Shown in pieces: positions 12,501 to 25,117 of a DNA stretch of 64,000 nt. The number at the start of each line of letters is the position of its first letter. Position 1 is the first letter of the stretch. The DNA is from Nemertoderma westbladi. Lineage: Eukaryota > Animalia > Xenacoelomorpha. Position numbers and translations under genes: made by a program. Under the pieces are notes generated by a model that was given only the letters and a program-made list of their open reading frames with translations, was not told the DNA's origin and did not search any database. Where the stretch lies: positions 46,811 through 110,810 of the forward strand of contig JAUCBJ010002187.1 of NCBI GenBank assembly GCA_032718475.1, written 5' to 3'.

Positions 12501-15500
12501 TGGGATCTATGGTCATGACTAAAACAAACATTACATGGACACTCCCTCTTAGAATGATTTTCACCACAATAAAAGCAATTGTGCTTATTGCAACATGAGG
12601 CATTACTGCATATTATCGGATTCATATTAAATTTAATACAAATCTTCCCAATACTAGAAGATTTTGAACAATGTTTCTGGGAGTGGTTTCCATGACAACC
12701 TACACAGACATGCTTGTATAAACAATCTCTGAAGCTACAGCCCACAATATCATAATTAAACCGAAAACAAGGTTTAATAATTACGGTAGTCGGGGAATTG
12801 TCTACAAAATCTGTACAAGATATCTTGCCAATGAGTATTTCAGGATTTTTAACCATATCAGAAACAGGCGCATCCGGAATAATTTGTAATTGTACACAAT
12901 TTATCTCATTTGATGTAGATACCTGTGTTGATATCTTCCCAACTTTAGTTGTAGTGTCTGATTTATCATCCTTCGTCTCATGGGTGCATTGAGTCACTGG
13001 ATGTAAACCTCCACATTTCACACAAACGTGAACATTAGGGCATCTAAGCTGAGTACAAGTCATCAAATTATATTCCAAACAGGCAACTTCATTCTGCCCT
13101 TTCTTGGTACATTCAGTACGAGGATGGATGTCATGGCATGTAGTGCACTTATGGGTTAACCTGCATGGCTCTGTGCAAGAATATCCCAAATTATAGTTTT
13201 TACAAAATTGGCATACGTTAACAGGGTGGTTTCCTGAACATCGCAGACATGCATGGAGATACGGGCATTTATCTTCTTGAGGGCAACTCGTAAATCCAAA
13301 CTCAGTAACGCTATTATATTGAAAACATATGCTGGAAATGTAATCACAATATACAATAGGGAATTTCAACTTCAAATTATCACGGTTATTACAATTACAC
13401 GTATCCAAATGTAGACATGGACATGAAATTAGACCATGTTTACAGCCACACTTCAGACAGTTATGAAGCAAACAGCAGGTGGAGCCAATAGAACAACCAT
13501 TCTTTTCTGTATTATACTTTACACAATAAATCGGCCATGGATCATTAGTGCATTTCGAAAAGGGATGTTGGTCCTTGCAGTAGAAACACTTATGACTATG
13601 TTTGCATGTGTCTTGTGTAAACTTGCATTCCAATACATTAAAATTGAAGCAAAATGGGCAACTATTAAGTGGATGATCAGATCGGCAATTTAAACATTTA
13701 TGTGCAAATTCGCAAAGTTTATTGTCACACACTTCAAAGCCAAGTATTTGATTGTAAAAGCGACAGACATTTGGTGAACCTGCGGATATTGATGTACTAA
13801 GGATGGGCAGATTTATAGCAGGAGACATTCTCACCTTGGAAATGATTCGGCTATGAATTTTAACATCTTTCAACAATGGAGCATTATCTTTTAATTTCCA
13901 AATATCAGACCTGGCAAATGAATGGCCTAAGTCAGTTGTTGACTTTGTACTGCTACTCGAGAATGTTTCAGTTTTCTTTATATGAGTTCCCTCAAATTTG
14001 AGTTTAGATCTCCCTTTGCCAGAATTGCATTTCATTTTACCGATAAAATCAGGAGTGTTGGGTTGCTTTTTTCTCGGTTCTATATTCGAGTCGGTTATGG
14101 GAGTCTTATTTTCTCTTGACTCGTATAATTGCTCTACTTTAAGATCTATATGCTGTAAACCAGCTGACGAAACATTTATATCTTTATCAACTTTCTCTCC
14201 AGCAACTACTACCTCTTGTTCAGGATGATATTCTGTCGCAGCTGTCATATCATTATCAATTGATTTCGATTTTGGAGGCCTATATAAAGGAATAATTACC
14301 TTTTTCCTTAAAATCTTCTTTGCTTTTGCATCTGGACCACAAGTTGAATTTATAGTGGTTGGACAAGGAATACTTGGAACTGTAGTAGTAGGATAACTAC
14401 CTTCTATCTTGGTGCCTCTCTCAGTTGAAATACTTTGTATAACTAGTTCTTCTGAAGTAGCGCCATTTTCATTAGAAACTAATGGACATATAGTTACTCG
14501 TCGTACAGGTTTGGTTGGGGTTGCTTGAGTTAGACTATCCTCTTCCACAGACCGTGGTATGTCAGTAAGCCATTGTCTTGTGTACTCACCCCTATCTACT
14601 CCAATGTCTTCTTGGCGGTCTTGTTTTGGAGCACAATCTGAACTTTTAGCACCTTCTGTTCGAAGTTGTTCAACATTCAACATATTGGCTGCCAGTGGGC
14701 AGGGATTTGAATTAATGCTGTCATGTGATACTGATTTCTGGATACAATCTAAGCTATCTGCAATAAGCTTCATTTCTATTGGTGACTTTACAATGGTGTC
14801 AGTGTCATCATTCTTGTATTTACTGACATCGTAAGGCTTGCTCCTTTCTTTGATATGTCCAGATTTGGCTATATTCTTGCCGGTTGTCATGTTTGATTTT
14901 GGACAATTCTTGGTAACTAATGGATTATTTTTTGAGAAATCTGATGAAGATGATCGTTCTCTGTGTTCTGCACTTTTACGTTCACTACGAAGACGGGCAA
15001 TAACATCGGCATCACTATCATAGTTACCTTCATGTGGTGGTTTGAATTCTCCGGACTTAGAGAACCTTTTATACCTTGTTTCAGCATCGGATGATAGTGA
15101 ATCTGCATAGTCACTGAAATGTTTATTGTTTTCTTTTGAATTACTTGTCTTAGAAATCAAATCTTTATCCCTTTTTTCGTTGCTTCTATGTCTATCAAAT
15201 GATTTTCTTATATCTTCTGTATTCTTGTGCGAATCGACTTGCCAGTTCCACTCATTCTTTTTACGGGAATCTACTTCTGTATGCCTATTGGACTTCTTGT
15301 TGTTATCAACTTCTCTATCCTTGTTATCAATCTTCTTGTGCGAATCGATTTCCCAATCCCAGAATTCTTCCTTTCGAGAATCGACTTCTCTAAAAGTCTT
15401 TTCGCGACTACCCATATCCCTATATCTGCCAGTCTGATGAGTATCAAGTATTTGATCGCTGCCACTTTCCCTGCGTCTATAATGTACCCTATCTCTGCTC

Positions 15501-17649
15501 ATTATCCTGGAACTATCCTGTAGTCCATGTGAATGCACATGGCTGTCCATCTTTGTGTGTCTATCTTGTAGCTTTCCCCTGTCCATATTTTTGCTGCTAT
15601 CTTGTATCCTATCATTAGACAATGCGGACATGGTCCTGTATCCAACTCTAGCCCTTCCCATCTGGCGAGTATCGAGTGATATCCCCTTGTCCATCTTCTT
15701 GCGACTATCCACTTCCCTATCCAAAACTAAGTCAGAGTGATTATCATTTGACCGTTTTACATAAGCATCACTATCGATAATATAGGTCATTCCTCGTGAA
15801 TCTGCAATCTCAATGTCCTTAGATTCAAGCGACCTTATTTCCATCAGTAACCTCTGTTGATTTTCTAACTGCCTATTAGCAAATTCCTCATCTGAGCTTA
15901 ATGTATGGAATTGTGGTTTATGTTTGCTACCAAATTCCTTTTCATTCCAATTTCTCAATGGTGATAGATAATCGTTATATTCACCTTCTTCAAACTCGTC
16001 TTTGTCTTTCTCTGTTATTTCTTGATATTCAAAAATGTAATCTTCGTTTTTTAAATCAGAAGTGAATTGTTGTTGAAGGGGCTTTGCCCTGTTGTTTATA
16101 GATCTAGCTGAAAATTTCGAAGTACTGTCTGGTTGATCGGGATATGAAGATTTCCGGTTAGGTTTTGTATGATTCTTACTCAAAGGTAATGAATCATCAT
16201 AAATTGCCCTTGTGCCTTTGGCATCCAATCCACGTTTTAGAGAAGCAGCTACTCCATCACTCTTATGTTTGAAAACAGAAGAAGTTCGCATTGGTTGCGA
16301 CCTACGACAGTTAAAATTTTCATTGCTACCATCTTCAGATGACATGGTTTCCGAGATTTTACCAGTTTCCGAAAGTTTACCAGCCATAGCTGCCTTTCTA
16401 CTAGCTTGGGGAGATTGTCTATAAGGACCAGTGTCTGAATTACTGGAGTATCGATCATTACGACTTTGTACACTACTGCTTGAAGATAATTCGCTTGAAA
16501 TTGAATGTTTTACTGGATTTTTTTTAGGGATAACTTTAACTGTGGAGTCTGACTGTGAAAAATCTTCTTCAGAAAAGTGTGTCAATGATTTTTGCCTTTT
16601 CTTGGTCGAAATATTTGCTCGGCTTGATGACGTTGTGGATAGTAACGATTCGCTTGATGAGCTACCACATCCATATCTACGGTCATCTTTCTTGGACTTA
16701 CTTCCCGCAAATGAGTGCATTTTCGAGGAGGTTGAATGTTTGGACATTTTAGAGAAATATTGGTCGGTTTTGACTCTGTTTTTGGGATCACTTCTGGCTG
16801 AAATTTTGGTGTCTTTTTTGACTGAATTCTTGATAAACACTTGTTCAAGATCCTGTTCATCTATTACAAAATGATCCCCTTGTTTTTTCATTTTTACAAG
16901 GCATTTCTTTCCGTCCGTACCTTTCACATAAACAGCAGGGACGTTAAACTTTTTGATAGAGCTTTGTTTGGAACGCACATGTGACCTTTTTAACTTGCTT
17001 GAGTGAAGTCCTTTTAATTTATGTGTTGAATACCTAATTTCAGACTCAGAATTAGTTGAAGCTGATAAAGATTTCTCTGAATCAGATTCAGACAAGGAAA
17101 CAGAGTCGTCTTGGCTGTCGCTAGAAGATGAAATATGCTGCTTTACTCTTGGTGATATCCGCTTCCTTATAGTCTGCAGTGGTTTGGTTGGGGGGTCTTT
17201 TTTTTGACGTTTTAATGGTGGGTGCTGATAATCGGAACTAGAATCACTTAAATCAGGAGTTAAAGATCTCCTGGTTTGTTTATATGGTTTGCTCGAACAT
17301 TTAATGTTTGTAATATCAACATTTTTACGCCTTCTATATTTGTCAGCAATTGATGTTTTAGAAAAGTGCTTGACACTGTCGCTGATGCCACTCCCACTTT
17401 TATAATGTCTAATATTGTCGCTGACTGCACTCTCACTCAACTCCCCTCTGGAATTATAGCTCACTCTGCTACTCCCACCCAACTCCCCTCTATTATACCT
17501 CCTTTGGGCAGATGCACCGAGTTTGTAGTGTTTAGCCAGGTTTGATTGCTGGTGTATATTTAGGTTGATTTGAGGGTCACGACCTCTATTAGGAATGCGA
17601 GATGATTTACTATCGGAAGGACTGTGTGGAGTTATTCCAAGTATGGTGT
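9532..17649 (-). CDS. TATDN2: TATDN2-like gene, giant 8,118-bp exon: Ser/Lys/Arg/Asp-rich low-complexity region, zinc-finger array, Pro-rich region and start of the TatD domain (YIDTHCHIDLLY...YEG)
   Basis: 2,725-aa open frame in AT-rich DNA; pyrimidine-rich acceptor ...actttatctag|AC at 17649; donor GAAG|GTGAGA at 9532; phase 1/1; ends in the TatD HxH metal-binding motif DTHCH. Confidence 0.9.
11762..13765 (-). other. Zinc-finger array in the giant exon: 11 x [C-x2-(Y/F)N-xn-C-x3/6-C-x3-H]-x-[C-x2-C-x3-H-x4-C], 4 x C-x2-C-x4-H-x4-C knuckles and a terminal CxxC..H..H
   Basis: Counted in the translation, from CRFYNQ...HPLNSC to CTKCGLKGHKEVDC and CSKCSGPHTDAEH. Confidence 0.9.
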
Positions 17650-18509
17650 CTAGATAAAGTAGATAAAAACAAAACCCTTTCAAATTAAAAATTTAAATAA
17701 AATTAAAACTTAGACTAAAGTAATTAGATTTATTTAATGTTATTTGTCAAGCATGAAGTTAACCCGTTACCGGTACTAGTAGCAGTACAGAAGCTATGAA
17801 AAAATTACCTGAAGTTTGATGTAATCAGTTGTAAACATGGGAATGTCCCGGGATAAAACTGGATTTCTGGAATCCGCTAGTGAGGCTGGCTTTTCGGCAC
17901 TTTCAGCACTACTATATTATATAATATTTTCATAATCACTATGAACGACTTGGACAAGAGGCCTACTAATACCGCAGTTAAATTAAAACTGCAACTCTAG
18001 AGATTGGCTTATTCATGATTCGCATAGTGCATGCTTAATCAGTAGTACCCGGTAACCCGGTACAGGAACTGTCGCCACTAATATGAAAATAAGTGACCTA
18101 GCTGTTTCACTTCCATCTATGTATATGTAGAAAAAAAGTGAAATCTTTATTCCTTAAACGTAATTTGGTGGTATAAAGTTCATATAAATTGTGTTTCAAT
18201 AATTATTATAATGTTGTTGCCAAGGCAACCGTGTGGAAAGATTCAACTTGGCGAGCCTGCAAATCAAGATAACAAAGTTATCAGATCTTAAGATTGGTAG
18301 GTTAATAAATAAAAAAATTCTATCAAATTATTGCAAACCTAATCAAGTTCAGACAATGGGGGCTGGTGGTTTGGACAAAGCAATGATACAGCAACGGATG
18401 TCCCAGGAATCGTACCCAACTAGGTCTTAGCCAACTAGTTTCATTATCGTTGAATACCGAGTTCTGGCCACCGTCCCGAAATTGCCTGGTCCCATACTCC
18501 GGTTTTGGC

Positions 18510-18850
18510 TGCGCCCATCACTAAAACACTATGTCCCTGACATACATACTAATAACGCCGCTTGTACATGCTGCCGTCCCTGAGAAATTGTTAAAACGCG
18601 TTAGACAGCACCAATACGTTTAGGTGAAGAGTCTGAGCGAACAGGTCAAGATATGACACAAAATCACCGACACAGCTTGCCCTAATATACCGGTACGTTG
18701 GTTTACTGACTGCCTCATGCTGTTTAAACATTTCAAAGTAACTAGCAAAGTAGCCGTTGATGCCCGTTCTGTAAGGGTTTTTAAATCTATTCTATTATAG
18801 AGAAACAGAAGACATGAATGGCATATTGTGTCGTACTACTTCCCAGTGGG
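18510..18850 (+). pseudogene. Second, more decayed Penelope-like GIY-YIG relic related to 7810-8200
   Basis: PSLKHYVPDIHTNN versus LKHEVPDILATN; shared acgcgttagacagc, ttactgactg and cttcccagtg blocks in the same order. Confidence 0.6.
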
Positions 18851-19839
18851 GTGTGACAGCTGAGCCTGAGCCTTAAGGAATATTTTCGGACACTACCCTC
18901 CAAGCGTCATTATATATATGCATTAAAGGACGCCATGACCCCACAATCTCGGGGAACCTATCGATTACCTGACCACTTGCCAGATTTTATAGACCCAGAA
19001 CTGAATGGACAGAATATATATGATACGAAAAGCATTTTTTAGTATTGAATTTCGTATCATAATATAAAATAAATTGGCTTTCACATCGTATAATGCGAAT
19101 TCGTCTATCTGAATGTGTCTATTGTCTATATTATCTATCGTCTATTTCCAATACAAAATGATTTGTTGCCTACTGTATAGATAGCTTAACCAAATAAATT
19201 CATGACCTTATAATATTTAAGTTTTAGTTAAACTATTTTGGTATTCGGTAACGTACCTTGGATTGTGGTTGTGAGTGACTTTGAAAGTTTTCCTCGCCCA
19301 AAATAAGTAAAGTAATATTATATTTCATCAATGAAAACTGATGCATTTTGTCAATTTTATCCGAAGTATTAAACTTGAATAAAAAAATCATGATATCAGG
19401 TTAGGTTGATAAAAATTATTATAAAAAGTAATACATTCATTTTTTTATTAAATCATATTTTTTGAATTTAAATGTGATTTTTTTAAATAAAAAACTAGGA
19501 TGTCACGGAATCGATATTTTGATTCCAACCGGAACCGGAATTCAACATGCCGGAATTAGTGAAATATACTAAATGAGACATATTACATTTAATATTTTTT
19601 TGTGAAATAAAAACATTTTTAAAATTTCTAAATCTTCTAAATTTCAAGTTTGAGATCAATCAGCAGCACCTTGGGGGAGTTTTGCTGGATGGAGTGGAGA
19701 GTAGCACTGTCTGGGGGGGGGGGGGGGGGGGGGGGGGGCTACTTCGGCATGGGAGGGGGGCTACTTCGGCCTCAAACGACAGGGAATTCGATTTCATTTT
19801 TTTCCAAAACAAACTATATTACTTTTTTAAACATACCAT

Positions 19840-21602
19840 TAGGGATGTCCCGGAATCGATATTTTGATTCCGGCCGGAACCGGAACCGGAATTCAATATG
19901 TCGGAATATTCCGGCTGGAATTCCGGCCGGAACCGGAATTGTTATATAGTTAGTGAAATACACTAAATGACCATTACTCTTTATAATTTTTTGTGAAATA
20001 TATGGATATATTTTTTAAATTTCTAAAGCCAAGTTTACTAATGACTAATGATTCCAATCAGCAGCTTGGGGGGAGTTTTGGTGTGAGAGTGAGAGTGGCC
20101 TGGCCCAGAAGCAGGATAAATTGATTATGGGGCTGAGGGAGGGGGTGGGGGTACTTGGGGGTCTTAACCCTATCTGGCCAGGTCTATTTTTACTAATTGG
20201 CCCTGGGTGGGTTGTCATTTTTGGAATTTTTTTAGATCTTGGCTGAAAAATTACAATTTTGTGCTATAAGGGTTTTCGAGGTCGCTGATTACGATAACAC
20301 ATGTTAAAAATATTTTCTGGCAGTGCAACCATCATTTTGTTGCACAATTCTGCTCCCCCTGGACGAAAAGTACAAGTGAAAAATTTAATTAAAAAGAATA
20401 TTTAATGAAAGTGTAAACATTAAATTTTTATCAATTTGTGCTACCGGTACTTGTATTTTTCGTGCCAAATTGGCAGATGTCCAAAAATGCCACAATGAAT
20501 CGGATATGATATGATATGAGTGTTCATATTCATGATCAGCATCCCGGAAAGCCCCTAATGTCATAAAATTAGTTTGATTTGGTGGTGATATGTTCATTAT
20601 CATATTTGCACTACTTGTTTTTTTCGTGTCCCGGGGGCACATTCAAAATTACTAGAAATTTTCTCGAATGTTATATCTGAGTTCTATAATCGTGATCAGC
20701 ATCTAAAAAACCGCTATATACTGCAATTAAATTAATTTTATCGAGCCATTAAAACTTTTGAAAAAATTTTCGCGCGAAAATTACTGGAGATGAGTGCCAG
20801 AATGGGACAACACGAAAACTAACATAGCTATGTTTTGGGCGTTTGCGCTGGTGGATAGCCCATTAAGTTTTAGGAAAAGTCGCGAAATCTAGGTTTTCCC
20901 CACCATACCTGGCTTAAAGATACAGTTGAGTTACTAAAAAATTTCTAAAGTGGCCACCCCGGGCCAAATTGGGTTAAACGACATGTAATTCGATTTCATT
21001 TTTTTCCAAAAACTCATAACCTTGGCCAAAAGTTAGGTTTTTGGGCTCATACCTAAAAACCAACGTTGACCAAAAATGTACTATTAATTGCTTTGGTTCA
21101 ATATCCTGGTATCGTTAATGGATAGGAGCAGGTTACAGTGACAAGTTATTCTGACCAAATCAATAAACGAGAGCCAATATTACATGTTACAATTTAATTT
21201 TTGCTGGGAATAAATATATTTATGGTAAGAAATATATATTTTTCCCCGTAGAAATAAAACTACTGTAGGCAGGCAATAGGCAGGCAACACCTAACGCTAA
21301 TGACGCAGGACCTAATAAGTAACATAGTAACATAAAGGACCCCTTTATAAATAAGCTACAGCTTTAGGGGTAATACGATATGTTATGTTGGACAATACAT
21401 ATTATAATATTGTTATTACATAATGTGAGATAATAATTTCACAAACAAATCTGATAATTGCAACTATTAAACTAGTTAGAAAACTGGTAATTTCGGTAAA
21501 ATTCCGGACGGAATTGACCCCATTCCGGCAATTCCGGCCGGAACCGGAATCTGGTAAAAACCTCCGGAATGCCGGCCGGAACGGAATTCCGGGACATCCC
21601 TA
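19840..21602. mobile_element. Non-autonomous hAT (Ac-like) element
   Basis: TIRs TAGGGATGTCCCGGAAT / ATTCCGGGACATCCCTA; 8-bp TSD CATACCAT (19832-19839 and 21603-21610); subterminal CCGGAA repeats; a diverged copy of its left end lies at ~19496-19810. Confidence 0.9.
20168..20973. mobile_element. piggyBac-like MITE nested in the hAT element
   Basis: TTAA|CCCTATCTGGCC...GGCCAAATTGGG|TTAA; its removal restores colinearity with the neighbouring copy at 19770-19810. Confidence 0.75.
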
Positions 21603-21816
21603 CATACCATATTTATAACAAAATAACATATATTTTATGATATACTTTAGGAACTATAGTTACTGTAATTGGCATGAATAATATCTATCAGTATCACCTT
21701 AAAACAATTGTTTCGAACAAAAATTTTTGAAAATAGGCTACCGGTACACAACGTCAATAAGAAAACGTTGCTTTAACTTAATAACAAATAACACATATAC
21801 ACATTCCACAACATAC

Positions 21817-21951
21817 CTAGAACGCCTTGTTTCAGTCTTTTCAATTCTCTTTGAGTAATGGAGGTTTCCGAAACAAGGTCTAACTCTTTGTCACTCACAG
21901 TCGAGTTATCAGTATCATCAGTATCGTGATTCTGGGTTGAAGGACGCATCC
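21817..21951 (-). CDS. TATDN2: Probable upstream or first coding exon of the TATDN2-like gene (MRPSTQNHDTDDTDNSTVSDKELDLVSETSITQRELKRLKQGVL)
   Basis: Acceptor tttttag|GG, donor CTAG|GTATGT; open 135-bp phase 1/1 exon that splices in frame to the giant exon and supplies an ATG (21949) that the first ~250 codons of that exon lack. Confidence 0.6.
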
Positions 21952-23117
21952 CTAAAAAAGTATAAATGGAATATTACATTGGAACTAAATATTAATTAAA
22001 TTGGAAGAATATAAAATACGCTGTTCCCCCCGCCAGGTATAAAAAATCTTGCTACGCCAAACTGTGTCCTGTCAACGTCAATTATGCAATGCATAAGAGT
22101 AAAGTTAATTGCAAAGGTTTACTTATATAATCGCAAAACTATATTTGAAAATATAGTAATAAAAAAAATGTAAAAAAGAATACATAATATGTATTCTTTT
22201 TTAATTATATATTATATAATTAGAAACATTTCTTGAATTTGTATGTTATTTAATATAATAATTCATAGATAATTATAATTAGGTTGGGTTGAGCATGACT
22301 GGCGATTTGTAATAAACTGCACACATATTCATGACACGTGTACCCTTTTTATTTTACTCCGAATGCGCTTTATTTTACTCCAGTAGACTTTAGTTTACAA
22401 CAATTTATACCAATTGAGATCATGGCCGCTACATAGTCACTTTATGATGGTTCCTCACCATTTTATTTGTTTCTACAACTTGCAGAAAAAAACAGCCGCA
22501 TTTGAGTCTCAGGGAAGTCGACTTGCTCCTTTCCTCTCCGTTATTTTGGTAGACTATGGGCTGCGAATGTCTCTTGACTAATATAACATAGATAGGATGC
22601 GTGAAACTACAGCGAGCCTTTGGTAGTAGAAATAGAGGAAAACAACCAATACACTTGAAGGACGCCCGAAAAACCAAGGCGAGTATAAGTATTCTACTAC
22701 CTATTATCGAGGAATCAGAGTCCTGGTAAACTATCAAGGGTAAGTCTGCTATATGCACTCTTACTGTAGAAGATTCCTTGACATAAACATAGATATAGAA
22801 AATTTAACATATCTACAAAAACCAGGGTGATATACGGCGTTTTATGTCATACGGAATAATAATGAATTCCTGACTAACAAATATGGTGATGAACCAGTTA
22901 TCCCAGAACCTATCAGCTTGTGCATGATCTATTGATAATATTTTCTGACAGCCGGGTGGTGATAGGAAACATGGAGATCACTGAGGTCAGCCATAGACAT
23001 TCCTGAATAGTGTCAAGACACTGACAGCGAATTGTGAAGGTGTTGCGTTGCTGAGGTGGCGGGAATGCATCCAAGCGGGCTGGGCTGATAGGCATTAATA
23101 GATTAATAAATCATACA

Positions 23118-24272
23118 TCAGAACCATAGTACCGGTACCGGTATATTCCAGAACCATAGTACAGGTATATTCCATAACCATAGTACCGGTACACCCGGTA
23201 TATTCCAGAACCGTAGTACCGGTATATTCCATAACCATAGTACCAGTGTTCCAGAACCATAGCACCGGTATATTCCAGAACCATAGTACCGGTATATTCC
23301 AGAACCATAGTACCGGTATATTCCAGAACCATAGTACACCCGGTATATTCCAGAACCGTAGTACCGGTTCCAGAATGCTAATACCGGTATATTCCATAAC
23401 CATAGTACCGGTATATTCCATAACCATAGTACCGGTATATTCCAGAACCATAGTACCGGTATATTCCAGAACCATAGTAACAGAATATTCCAGAACCATA
23501 GTAACAGAATATTCCAGAACCATAGTAACAGAATATTCCATAAGGGGCCGTCCAAGTATGACGTCTGCACTTTTCCCCAAAATGTTGACCCCCTCCCTCC
23601 CCTAAATCAGATGTCATCAGATAGGCGTTGACCCCCCCCCCCCCCCCTAAATCAGATTAAAAAAAATTTTTGTAATAAACTATTATATTATGAAGATTAT
23701 TTATAATCACTTGTAAATCATTCAAATCGTCCTAATCACTGAAACATGGTGACTGGTAACTGAAACAGAAGGTCGTGCTACGGGCCTTCGGGGGCTTCGA
23801 ACAATTAAAATAGGCAAGCTATTTACTCTTTTTCTATATCTCTTCTAGCACCTATAAATGAACATGCTGACGTCAGATTTTGGCTGACCCCCTCCCCTCC
23901 CCTCATCAGCACGTCATCAGATTTTCCCAACCCCCCTCCCCCCCCTAAAGTGCTGACGTCATACTTGGACGGCCCCTAACCATAGTACTGGTGTTCCAGA
24001 ACCATAGACCGGTATATTCCATAACCATAGTACCGGTATGTTCCAGAAGCATAGTACTGGTATATTTCAGAACCACAGTACCGGTAACCGGTATATTCCA
24101 GAACCATAGTACCGGTATATTCCAGAACCATAGTACCGGTATATTCCATAACCACAGTACCGGTATATTCCAGAACCACAGTACCGGTATATTCCAGAAC
24201 CACAGTACCGGTATTTTCAAGAACCATAGTACCGGACCGGTATATTCCAGAACCATAGTACCGGTATATTCC
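23118..24272. repeat. 24-bp minisatellite CAGAACCATAGTACCGGTATATTC, split by a MITE
   Basis: Direct periodicity at 23118-23543 and 23977-24272. Confidence 0.95.
23544..23976. mobile_element. PIF/Harbinger (Tourist-like) MITE
   Basis: TIRs GGGGCCGTCCAAGTATGACGTC / GACGTCATACTTGGACGGCCCC; TAA TSD on both sides. Confidence 0.9.
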
Positions 24273-24761
24273 TTTTTTAGCAAACTTCTGTTTCTGCACA
24301 GTTGGGTTCCTGATATATGTTACTGACAATTTAGGTACAATCTGACAACTGATTTGAAACCTAATTGCCGATCTGTAGTATATTGATGCGTGGCCACGCC
24401 GATAGTTCTTCCTTCCCAGTGGATCCAAAAGAGGACCAACTTAACTCCAAGATGATCCGACCCCGTCACTGCCATTCTTAGCGATGTGAATCTCCATATT
24501 CAGTTCGCATCCCCCATTTGCAATCCAGAAAGCAGAATTCCACATCAAATAATTATATAATAATATAAAAAATAGCTGCAAAATGAATAATCGAAAAAAT
24601 GTAATCACAGCCAGGCAGAGTTCGGCAAATAGCAGTACTAAAAATACCGTTTGGGGGTATAATCCCATGTCAGTAGCACGTTAATGCATGTGCTATTGTG
24701 CCTATTACATTAGCCTCCAGGACACAAATGTAATCGTATTTTGGGTGAATGGAATCACGTT

Positions 24762-25117
24762 ATTATCATTTTCGTTGGGCATAGCTTCCTAAAGTCGGTA
24801 TTGACGTCCAGATGGTATCGAATTAGTGACCTCCAAGTTGAAGTCTAGCGCTGTAACAATTCCGCTAGCTACTCAGATAAAATGTAAACCTGAAAATACT
24901 GCAATTTACATCCTCATGGCCTCCCATCTGTAAATACCAATAACCTTCAGCAATTGTGCTAACCCCTACTGTATTTGGCTATAGTATGTATTGGCAGATG
25001 GGACGCCATGATAACGTGTAAATTGCGCACATACAATATAACTGGTAGTATTCCCAGGTTTATCCACCTGGACGTCAATGCCGACTTTTTGCCAAGCTGA
25101 GCAAAACGATAATGATA
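24762..25117. repeat. Degenerate foldback (old MITE-like)
   Basis: aaagtcggtattgacgtccagatgg (~24790) is inverted at ~25065-25089, with weaker pairing further out. Confidence 0.5.

Noticed and set aside
9693-16874. Numerous short ORFs overlapping the giant exon
   Set aside because: Antisense or alternate-frame shadows of a long coding exon, with no recognisable motifs.
23095-24428. Tyr/Gly- or Trp-rich repeat ORFs
   Set aside because: Translations of a 24-bp minisatellite in several frames, interrupted by a MITE.
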